Positions 9,018 through 17,027 of a stretch of 64,000 nucleotides of DNA are shown piece by piece (the stretch's first letter is position 1; each line of letters opens with the position of its first letter). The stretch lies in the NCBI GenBank assembly GCA_963752475.1, contig CAVVYR010000006.1, positions 448,001-512,000 on the forward strand. Reading direction: 5' to 3'. The position numbers and the translations under genes were made by a program. The stretch is from an uncultured Chloroflexia bacterium (GTDB taxonomy: Bacteria; Chloroflexota; Limnocylindria; Limnocylindrales; CSP1-4). Below the pieces are notes generated by a model, which had not been told where the DNA came from, made no database searches, and saw only the letters and a program-made list of their open reading frames with translations.

Positions 9018-9089
9018 TGCCCTGATTCTAGCAACTCCCGGGGTGTTGACACAACGCAACGGCGCACATTCTCGGAGCGGATGTCGGGC

Positions 9090-9118
9090 TTCACCAAATA
9101 GAACAGATGTTCTATCAT
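9090..9118 (+). promoter_or_regulatory. Sigma70-type promoter with a LexA box upstream of dnaE2
   Basis: TTCACC-17bp-TATCAT; GAACAGATGTTC at 9101-9112; GTG start 7 nt after the -10 (leaderless). Confidence 0.9.
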
Positions 9119-9125
9119 CGGCCGA

Positions 9126-12100
9126 GTGACCAAGGCCTTCGCGGAACTCCATTGCCATACCGATTTCTCGTTCCTCGACGGCGCTTCGCCCGCGGATGAC
9201 CTCGTCGAACGAGCCGTGGGCCTGGGCCTCTCCGCTCTCGCGGTCACGGACCATCAGGGGCTGTACGGTGCGGTTCGCTTCAGCAGTGCTGCTCGCGAGG
9301 CCGGGCTACACGCGGTCATCGGTATGGAGGTCGAACTGCTCGATGCGGCGGCTCCGGACCCGGAGCGGATCGTCGTGCCGCGTCGTCGGCGACAGCGCCG
9401 GGAGGCCATGCCGCCGACTCCGATCGCCGAGGCAGGGGAGCCGGTCCGGCCAGCGGTCGGACGTCAACGCCCGCCGGGCCACAGGGATCCGCGGAGGGAG
9501 GACCTGCGCGGCGTCCGGCCGCGAGAGCTCGGTCCGCATCTGACGCTGCTGGCGCGCGACCAGAGTGGTTACGCCAACCTCTGCCGGCTCGCCAGCGCTG
9601 CCCATCTTGCCGGCAGCAAGGGCGTACCCCGCTTCACCCACGAAGTGCTGGAGCAGCACCGTGACGGACTCGTCATCCTCACCGGCTGCCGTCACGGGGA
9701 GTTGCCGCGGCGCCTCCTGGCCGGCGATCGTGAGGGTGCCACACAGGCGCTCCAGCGACTCGAGCACATCGCCGCCGCAGACGGGCTCTACGTCGAGCTT
9801 CAGCACCATCTGCTGCCCGACGACGACTGGCTCACCGCGGAGCTGGCGCGCCTGGCCCACCTGACCGGCCTGCCCACGGTCGTGACCAACGATGCCCACT
9901 ACGCGCTGCGCTCGGATCGCGAGTTGCAGGACGTGCTCGTTTCGATCCGCCACGGCCAGGATCTCGAGGCCGCGGCCCACCTGCGTCGACCCAACGGCGA
10001 GTACGCGCTGAAGGATGGAGCGGAGCTGGCCGCGCTGCCGCCGGGCCACGACTCGGACCCGCTCGTGCGTCACGCCTGGCTCGATGGCATCAAGCGGGCC
10101 GGGGAGCTGGCCGCGACCTGCGAAGTGAGCCTGGAGTTCGAGCGCTACCGCTTCCCGGGCTTCCCGGTACCCGGCGGCGAGACCGCCTTCTCGTACCTCG
10201 AGAGGCTATGCCACGACGGCGTCCGCAAGCGCTATCACCCCATCACCCCGCGGGTGCTCAAGCAGATGGCTCACGAACTCGAGGTCATCGAGCGCACCGG
10301 CCTGGCCGAGTTCTTCCTCATCTGCTGGGATCTCATGCGCTTCGCCCGTGAGCGCGGCATCCCCGCGCAGGGCCGCGGCAGCGCCGGGGATTCGATCGTG
10401 GCCTATGCCTTGGGCATCACCCGTGTCGATCCCATCCGCCACGAGCTGCTCTTCGAGCGCTTCATCAACGAGGGCCGCACGACCTACCCGGACGTGGATA
10501 TCGACTTCGCCTCATCCCGGCGCGAGGAGGTCATCGGGTACGTCTACGAGCGCTACGGCGCCGAGCACACGGCCATGGTCTGCAACGTCGTCACCTATCG
10601 GGCGCGTTCGGCCGTGCGTGAGGTCGGCCATGCTCTCGGCTTCCCGCGTCCGCTCGTCGACCGCGTGGCCAAGGCGCTCGAGACCTATGACTCGGTCATG
10701 GTCCGTCGTGATCTGGAGGCGGACGGTGGCTTCGCCGAGTTCTTCACCGAGCCTGGCGAGGGCGTTGAGGGTGTGCGTCAGCTGCTCGACGACATGGGCG
10801 AGCTGCGCCTGCCGACCGCGGACCTTCGGCCGAGCCTATCCGACGACGAGGGCGGGCCCGGCGACACGCCTGCGAGCGAGCACTATCTACGCCACGAATC
10901 GGAGCGACGCCTGGCGCTGGCCTCGTTGGCTCCGGGCCGTGCCGACGAGGATGGGGAGCGCCGCATCATCCCCACCAGCGTGGGTGCCGTCGAACTCGAT
11001 CCGCTGCCGCCGCGCCGTCGGGGCTCCACCCTGGGCCTCTCGCCGTGGGACCGCTGGCTGGAGCTGTGCGCCCGCATCGATGGCCGGCCACGCCACCTCT
11101 CGATCCACGTCGGGGGCATGCTCGTGACCCGGGCGCCGCTCGTGGACATCGCCCCGCTCGAGCACGCCACCATGCCCGGCCGCGTCGTGGTCCAGTTCGA
11201 CAAGCGTGACGTGGAGACGATGAAGCTCATCAAGCTCGACCTGCTCGGGCTGCGCATGCTCAGCGCCATCGATGACGCCCTCCGCGATATCAAGGCCGAC
11301 TGCGCGGTCTGCCTCGACCTCGATCGCCTACCGGAGGACATCGAAGAGGTCTTCCGCATGATCGTCGCGGCGGACACCGTGGGCGTGTTCCAGATCGAGT
11401 CGCGCGCCCAGATGCAGACGCTGCCCAAGAGCCGGCCGCAGACGCTCGACGATCTCGTGGTGGAGGTGGCCATCATCCGGCCGGGTCCCATCCAGGGTGA
11501 CGCCGTGCACCCCTACCTGCGCCGACGCCAGGGCATCGAGGAGGTGACCTACCTGCATCCGAGCCTGGAGCCCATCCTCGAGGAGACCCTCGGCGTGATC
11601 CTCTATCAGGAGCAGGTCATGAAGGTAGCGATCGACGTGGCCGGCTACAGCGCCGCCGACTCCGATGGCTTCCGCCGGGCCATGGGCACATGGCGTAGCT
11701 CTCGTGAGATGGAGCGGCTGCACACCGGCTTCGTCGAGGGCTGCATGACCACCAGCGGGCTCAGCCGCGAGCAGGCGGAGGAGCTCTTCACCAAGGTCGC
11801 CGGCTTCGCCAGCTTCGGCTTCAACAAGAGCCACGCCGCGGCCTTCGCCCGCACGGCCTACGAATCGGCCTTCCTCAAGCTCTTCTACCCGGCGCAGCTC
11901 GTGGCCGGGCTCATCAACGCCCAGCCGATGGGCTTCTACCCGGTCGAGGTGCTCATCAACGACGCCAAGCGACACGGCGTGGCGGTGCTGCCGGTAGACG
12001 TCAACGCCAGCCGTTTGCGGACGACGACCGAATGGGTCGGGCGGCCCGGGGAGCCACTGCCGCCGGATGCGGGCATCGAGCGCCGGCCAGACGTGGTCGA

Positions 12101-12959
12101 GTCATCGGCCGTGGTCGTGCCCTCGGAGTCAGCACGGGACCGGTTCGCGGCGCCGAGCGCGCGCGGCTACGGCATACGGCTGGGCGTCGGGCTGGTCAAG
12201 GGCATCGGGGAGGCGGAAGGGGAGCGGCTCGACGAGGCACGGGCGAACGGAGGGCCCTTCGACTCACTGGCCGACCTGGTGGCCCGCACGGAGCTCTCGG
12301 AGGAGGTCGTGGAGCGTCTCATCCGTGCCGGGGCACTCGACTCGCTGGGCCAACCGCGGCGGGAGGCGTTGTGGCAGCTGCGCGAGATCGCCGGCGCCAC
12401 GCGTGGACGGGCCGCTGGACGCGCGGTCGCTTCTCGAGCCGCCAGGGAGCGGCCGTTGGACATCCGCCTGCCGCCGACGCCGGCACCCGCGCTCCCGCCA
12501 CCGACCGAGCTGGAACGGCTGGGCGACGCCTACGCCATCCTCTCGCTCGATGCCCGACACCAGGTCATGGAGCTCTATCGGCCGGCGCTGAAGGGGCTGG
12601 GCGCGGTGACCCTGGGCGAGCTGGCGGACCGGAAGCCGGGCTGGGTCGCGATCGGCGGGCTGGTGGTCACGCGGCAGCATCCGATGACGGCCAAGGGCAC
12701 GGTCTTCCTCGCGCTCGAGGACGAGACCGGCATGGTCAACGTGACCCTCTGGCCCAAAGTCTGGGGCCGGCTACGTGGCGTCGTCCGCCGGCACGCGCTG
12801 CTCTACGTCGAAGGGCAGCTGCAGGTGGAGGGTGGCACCGTCAACCTCGTTGCCCGCCGTATCCGGCCGCTCGTGGAAGTCTGCCGCGAGCGCGGTGGGC
12901 CGGAGCACCCGGAAGGCGTCCGTCAGCTCGGGCACGCGGGCATGCGTCGGATGGGCTGA
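9126..12959 (+). CDS. dnaE2: Error-prone DNA polymerase III alpha subunit DnaE2 (ImuC)
   Basis: PHP domain ELHCHTDFSFLDG, GRGSAG, catalytic PDVDIDF and KLDLLGL, FQIESRAQM, QPMGFYP, OB-fold TAKGTVFLALEDETG; LexA box. Confidence 0.93.
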   Translation: MTKAFAELHCHTDFSFLDGASPADDLVERAVGLGLSALAVTDHQGLYGAVRFSSAAREAGLHAVIGMEVELLDAAAPDPERIVVPRRRRQRREAMPPTPIAEAGEPVRPAVGRQRPPGHRDPRREDLRGVRPRELGPHLTLLARDQSGYANLCRLASAAHLAGSKGVPRFTHEVLEQHRDGLVILTGCRHGELPRRLLAGDREGATQALQRLEHIAAADGLYVELQHHLLPDDDWLTAELARLAHLTGLPTVVTNDAHYALRSDRELQDVLVSIRHGQDLEAAAHLRRPNGEYALKDGAELAALPPGHDSDPLVRHAWLDGIKRAGELAATCEVSLEFERYRFPGFPVPGGETAFSYLERLCHDGVRKRYHPITPRVLKQMAHELEVIERTGLAEFFLICWDLMRFARERGIPAQGRGSAGDSIVAYALGITRVDPIRHELLFERFINEGRTTYPDVDIDFASSRREEVIGYVYERYGAEHTAMVCNVVTYRARSAVREVGHALGFPRPLVDRVAKALETYDSVMVRRDLEADGGFAEFFTEPGEGVEGVRQLLDDMGELRLPTADLRPSLSDDEGGPGDTPASEHYLRHESERRLALASLAPGRADEDGERRIIPTSVGAVELDPLPPRRRGSTLGLSPWDRWLELCARIDGRPRHLSIHVGGMLVTRAPLVDIAPLEHATMPGRVVVQFDKRDVETMKLIKLDLLGLRMLSAIDDALRDIKADCAVCLDLDRLPEDIEEVFRMIVAADTVGVFQIESRAQMQTLPKSRPQTLDDLVVEVAIIRPGPIQGDAVHPYLRRRQGIEEVTYLHPSLEPILEETLGVILYQEQVMKVAIDVAGYSAADSDGFRRAMGTWRSSREMERLHTGFVEGCMTTSGLSREQAEELFTKVAGFASFGFNKSHAAAFARTAYESAFLKLFYPAQLVAGLINAQPMGFYPVEVLINDAKRHGVAVLPVDVNASRLRTTTEWVGRPGEPLPPDAGIERRPDVVESSAVVVPSESARDRFAAPSARGYGIRLGVGLVKGIGEAEGERLDEARANGGPFDSLADLVARTELSEEVVERLIRAGALDSLGQPRREALWQLREIAGATRGRAAGRAVASRAARERPLDIRLPPTPAPALPPPTELERLGDAYAILSLDARHQVMELYRPALKGLGAVTLGELADRKPGWVAIGGLVVTRQHPMTAKGTVFLALEDETGMVNVTLWPKVWGRLRGVVRRHALLYVEGQLQVEGGTVNLVARRIRPLVEVCRERGGPEHPEGVRQLGHAGMRRMG

Positions 12960-12963
12960 CGGG

Positions 12964-12981
12964 TGTAGCACGCGTGCTACA
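12964..12981. promoter_or_regulatory. Perfect 18-bp palindrome, probable toxin-antitoxin operator overlapping an extended -10
   Basis: TGTAGCACGCGTGCTACA is its own reverse complement and overlaps TGcTACAGT (12975-12983), 6 nt before the antitoxin ATG. Confidence 0.75.
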
Positions 12982-12989
12982 GTGTGTCT

Positions 12990-13274
12990 ATGGATCAAGT
13001 CACCATCCGCCAACTCCGCAACGATGTGAGTCGCATCGTGCGTCGAGCGTCTGCAGGGGAGCGGCTCATCATCACGTCGAATGGCGTGCCCATGGCAGAG
13101 ATCCGGCCGCTACAGCGCTCTGCGTCCCAGGAAGCCATCGCGGATCTCATCGAAGCCGGGCGTCTCAACCCGCCGCGCAGTACCGCTCCACCGCGGCGCG
13201 CTCAGCCGATCGAGTTCAGCGGCACACGGACCAGCGAGGAGATCCTCGAAGAGCTCCGCGAGGACCGCCTTTGA
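12990..13274 (+). CDS. vapB: Phd/YefM family antitoxin (VapB)
   Basis: VTIRQLRNDVSRIVRRASAGERLIITSNGVPMAEIRP Phd-type N-terminus; overlaps the PIN toxin gene. Confidence 0.85.
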   Translation: MDQVTIRQLRNDVSRIVRRASAGERLIITSNGVPMAEIRPLQRSASQEAIADLIEAGRLNPPRSTAPPRRAQPIEFSGTRTSEEILEELREDRL

Positions 13275-13687
13275 TCTTTCTCGACTCCTCCGCGCTCGTG
13301 AAGCGATACGTCCGCGAGGAGTGGAGCGATCTCGTGGCCGACCTGATGGTCCAAGACCCGGACTGGGCTGCTTCGGAGTTGGCCTGGACCGAGACTCGTA
13401 TCACGCTGTGCCGACGCGGCCCTGAAGGGTCCACGGATTCGACGAGCCAGGCAGAGCTCGCCACCGACTGGCTGCGCTTCAGCACCGTCTCGGTCGATGC
13501 CGATTGTCTCGCCGAGGCCGTCCAGTTCGGCTGTCAGCTGGGAGTCCGAACACTCGATGCGGTCCACTTGGCCGCGGCCATGCGCATGCCGGAGGGTGTT
13601 CGCTTCCTGACCTTCGATCAGCGACAGCAGGACGCGGCTGTCAGCCTTGGGCTGCCGGTGATCGTCGCGAGCGGGGACGGCAGCTAA
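13271..13687 (+). CDS. vapC: VapC PIN-domain toxin
   Basis: TTG start, IFLDSSALVKRY, E, RTLDAVHLA, FLTFD acidic PIN residues (C-terminal part of track ORF 12032..13687). Confidence 0.88.
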   Translation: MIFLDSSALVKRYVREEWSDLVADLMVQDPDWAASELAWTETRITLCRRGPEGSTDSTSQAELATDWLRFSTVSVDADCLAEAVQFGCQLGVRTLDAVHLAAAMRMPEGVRFLTFDQRQQDAAVSLGLPVIVASGDGS

Positions 13688-13710
13688 TGGGTCCCGACCA
13701 GCACTAGTTG

Positions 13711-14508
13711 CTACTCGCTGCCCTTGCGGCGAGCTTCGCGGTCGGCGTACTTCTGCGCGCGCAGGGCCTCGCGGTCGGCACGCGCCTGCTCCTTGGCCTT
13801 CTCCGCCTGCTCTCGTTCCTTGGCCGCGCGGTTGGCCGCGGCACGCTGCTGCGAGTTGCGCAGGAACCGGCGATACCAGGAGGCGAAGCCGCCGGCGAGG
13901 ATGCCGATGACCAGGCCCAGGCCGTAGGTCTGCAGGATGGCGTCGGTCGTGAGACCGACGACCTCGCCCTCGGCGTTGGCCGTCAGCAGCGTGTCCGCGT
14001 ACTGCTCGCGCATCGTCTCGGTGGCGATGGCCATCACCACCGTCCAGACGGTGGCGCTGAGGAAGCCCAGGATGCCGCCGACGAGGTACGAGCCGCGTGG
14101 GGCCACGAAGCCGCCGATGAAGAAGATGAACAGGCTGGTCGGGTGCAGTGTGAGACTGATGTAGAGCGAGATGCCGTTCTGGACGAGTTCCGGAAGGTCG
14201 TCGAAGGCACCGTTGATGAGCGCGACCGAGAACCCGAAGGTCAGCGCAAGCAGCCCGAAGGGCAGCCACACGAGCGGCTTTCGGAAGATCGTCGGGATGG
14301 CCTTGATGTCTCCGACGACATCGGGCATCGAGAACATCGATCCGGACGACTGGGGCTGTTCGGCCGCTGGAAGATCGGCGGCCTCGGCACCTTCCTCGAG
14401 CTCGATGGGATCGGCCTCGAGCTCGCGTTGCTCATCGCGGTGGCGACGGCGCGCTTCGGCTCGGCTGGTGTTCTTGCGACGGATGCTGGTATTCCTGGAA
14501 CGGGGCAC
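13711..14508 (-). CDS. Hypothetical membrane protein with about 4 TM segments and charged termini
   Basis: GTG start 14508 with AGGA SD; hydrophobic segments; coiled-coil-like C-terminus. Confidence 0.65.
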   Translation of the reverse strand: MPRSRNTSIRRKNTSRAEARRRHRDEQRELEADPIELEEGAEAADLPAAEQPQSSGSMFSMPDVVGDIKAIPTIFRKPLVWLPFGLLALTFGFSVALINGAFDDLPELVQNGISLYISLTLHPTSLFIFFIGGFVAPRGSYLVGGILGFLSATVWTVVMAIATETMREQYADTLLTANAEGEVVGLTTDAILQTYGLGLVIGILAGGFASWYRRFLRNSQQRAAANRAAKEREQAEKAKEQARADREALRAQKYADREARRKGSE

Positions 14509-14653
14509 GTGTAGTCCTGCTGCGCTCGTAGATGGGGCGGCGCGATGGTACCGCGCCAGCGACGTCCGCGCCGGACGTCGCGGGTTTCCACGCTCGCCGA
14601 CCATGACTTTCGGGCCCTCGTCGCCCGCCGCCGCCGCCCTACACTCCGTGGAC

Positions 14654-15790
14654 GTGAGCCTGCCAGCCACCGCGACCCCACGCCTCTCGGACATCGACTG
14701 GCGCTGGGCGCTGCCGCGGATCATGCTCGTCTTCCTCGTCACACGCCTGCTGGTGTTCGGCGTGCTGGTGGCGGCCGAGGTGGCCTACCCGGACCAGTCG
14801 CCACCAGGACATCTGGTCTCCGACGAACGCCCTGTCCTGACGACGCTGACAGCCTGGGACGGCGCGTGGTATCGCGGTATCGCCGAGGACGGCTACCACG
14901 CCGAGTTCGAACGCTGGCCCGACTACGCGTTCTACCCGCTCTACCCGGTGGCTATCCGAGCCACGTCGATGCTGACACTCGGGGACACCGCCCTCGCAGC
15001 GCTGCTCATCTCGAACCTGGCCTTCTTCGTGGCGCTCGTCGCGTTCTATGCCCTTTCGGTGCGATACCTGCCCCCTGATCGAGCCGTGTTCAGCCTCTGG
15101 CTCCTGGGGCTGGCACCCGGAGCTATCGCGTTCTCGCTGGCCTATACCGAGAGCCTCTTCCTGCTGCTGGCGATCGGCTCGTTCCTGGCCGGCGAAACGC
15201 GGCGCTACCGACTCGCCGGCGTCCTGGTGGCACTGGCGACGCTGGCTCGCCCGACGGGGATCCTGCTGATCCTCCCGCTGGCCGTGCTCTACCTGCAACG
15301 TGACGGCTGGCGTCCGACGCGTGCAATGATCCCACTGGTCCTGGCACCGTTGGCCTGGCTGGCGTGGTTCGCCTACGTCTGGTGGTTGACGGGTGATCCC
15401 ATGGCCGCGTTCAACGCTCAGGACTCATGGGACACGTTCTACCAGGCGAGCCCTGACGAGGTCACACCCGACGATCCGAGGCTCCTGCCACAGGGTCCGG
15501 CCATCCTGGTCTACTACCTCGTCATCGGGCTCTACACGTTCTCGCTCGTGTTCCTGCGGCCGGACCGGTTTCCGCATGCCTACCGACTGGCGGTCGTGGT
15601 GCTCATCGGCAGCCTCTTCCTGGCCGGCCGGCTGGACTCGGCGGTGCGCTACCTCACCGTGGCCTGGCCGGTGTACTGGGGCTTCGCTACACGTGAATCG
15701 CGGCTCGGACGGGCGGCGATCGTCGTGCTGTTCACCGCGCTGCAGCTGGTTCTGCTGTGGTACATCTTCACTTGGAACACCCTGCCGTGA
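14654..15790 (+). CDS. GT-C fold PIG-V-like (mannosyltransferase family) glycosyltransferase, paralog 1
   Basis: LTAWDGAWY..IAEDGY, YAFYPLYP, YTESLF, RPTG; multi-TM; GTG start 8 nt after TACACT. Confidence 0.82.
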   Translation: MSLPATATPRLSDIDWRWALPRIMLVFLVTRLLVFGVLVAAEVAYPDQSPPGHLVSDERPVLTTLTAWDGAWYRGIAEDGYHAEFERWPDYAFYPLYPVAIRATSMLTLGDTALAALLISNLAFFVALVAFYALSVRYLPPDRAVFSLWLLGLAPGAIAFSLAYTESLFLLLAIGSFLAGETRRYRLAGVLVALATLARPTGILLILPLAVLYLQRDGWRPTRAMIPLVLAPLAWLAWFAYVWWLTGDPMAAFNAQDSWDTFYQASPDEVTPDDPRLLPQGPAILVYYLVIGLYTFSLVFLRPDRFPHAYRLAVVVLIGSLFLAGRLDSAVRYLTVAWPVYWGFATRESRLGRAAIVVLFTALQLVLLWYIFTWNTLP

Positions 15791-16947
15791 CCGACACCAC
15801 GACGTCGCCTCCGGTCAACCGCATCTCGGACATCGATTGGCGTTGGGCGTTGCCGCGGATCATGCTCGTCTTCCTCGTTACGCGCCTGCTGGTGTTCGCC
15901 GTGCTGGTGGCCGTGGAGACGACACAACCGGCTCCGCCTGACGGCGTCCGCGTGGACGAGCGGCCGATCATCGGCAGCCTCACGGCCTGGGATGGCGTCT
16001 ACTACCACGACATCGTCGAGAACGGCTACGAGGCGGACGCCGACCCGTTCCCCAACTACGCCTTCTTCCCGGCCTATCCCGTGTTGGTCAAGGCGGCCAC
16101 CATCGTGACCGCCGGCGACACCAGCATCGCCGCCGTGCTCGTGTCCAACGTCGCGCTGGTTGCGGCACTGGTCGTCTTCTATGCGTTGTCGGTACGCCAC
16201 CTGAACCCCGATCGTGCGATCTGGGGTCTCTGGTTCCTGCTACTCGCGCCCGGTGCCATCGGCTTCTCCATGTCCTACACCGAGGGGCTCTTCCTGCTCT
16301 TCGCCTGTGGCGCGTTCTTCGCGGCCGAGACCCGGCACCCCTGGTTCGCCGGCATCCTCCTGGCCCTCGCGGCGCTGACACGCGTGCCCGGCGTACTCCT
16401 GGTCCTGCCCATCCTCGTCATCTACATCCAGCGTGATGGTTGGCGGCCGACGCGCGACTGGATCCCGCTGGCCCTGGCACCAGCTGCGCTGGTTGGCTTC
16501 TTCGTCTATCTCTGGACCGTGACAGGAGACCTGCTCGCGACGTTCCGCGCCCAGGACTACTGGCGCTCGACGGGCCCCAACGCCGTGGAGGTGGTCGCAA
16601 CGCAGGCCGACCAGACTGCGGAGGCCACGATGGCCATCAGCGCCGCACCGCCCTATGTCATCGCGCTGTGGATCGCGACCATCGGCTTCTACGCCTTCCT
16701 CTTCGTCTTCATGCGTCACGACAGACTCCCGGTCGCCTACTGGGTCGTGGCCGCGCTCGGGATCATCGGCGTCTTCGCCTCGGGCAAGTTGCTCTCGGCC
16801 CCGCGCTACATCGTGGCTTCGTGGCCCTTCTACTGGGTGCTCGCGAACCGTTCCTCGATGGCTGGGCGCGTTGGTGTCCTTGCCGTCTTCGCGTTGGTCC
16901 AGGTGCTCCTGCTGTGGCTGGCCTTCACCTGGAGCGTTCCGCCGTAA
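15787..16947 (+). CDS. GT-C fold PIG-V-like glycosyltransferase, paralog 2
   Basis: LTAWDGVYY, YAFFPAYP, YTEGLF, TRVPG, PRY; GTGA overlap with paralog 1. Confidence 0.82.
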   Translation: MTDTTTSPPVNRISDIDWRWALPRIMLVFLVTRLLVFAVLVAVETTQPAPPDGVRVDERPIIGSLTAWDGVYYHDIVENGYEADADPFPNYAFFPAYPVLVKAATIVTAGDTSIAAVLVSNVALVAALVVFYALSVRHLNPDRAIWGLWFLLLAPGAIGFSMSYTEGLFLLFACGAFFAAETRHPWFAGILLALAALTRVPGVLLVLPILVIYIQRDGWRPTRDWIPLALAPAALVGFFVYLWTVTGDLLATFRAQDYWRSTGPNAVEVVATQADQTAEATMAISAAPPYVIALWIATIGFYAFLFVFMRHDRLPVAYWVVAALGIIGVFASGKLLSAPRYIVASWPFYWVLANRSSMAGRVGVLAVFALVQVLLLWLAFTWSVPP

Positions 16948-17027
16948 GCCGCACATAAGCGCTGGTGAAGCGCCCCGGACGATGATGGGTTCCCTGTCCG
17001 CCGCCCCGCCGGACTCGGAGGTCGTCC

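Noticed and set aside
10700-11050. Mid-protein insertion in DnaE2 as a possible intein
   Set aside because: No Cys/Ser start, His-Asn end or endonuclease motifs; it looks like a low-complexity loop.
12032-13270. Long N-terminal extension of the VapC ORF overlapping dnaE2
   Set aside because: The PIN domain starts at TTG 13271, overlapping the antitoxin stop; the upstream part is an off-frame shadow.
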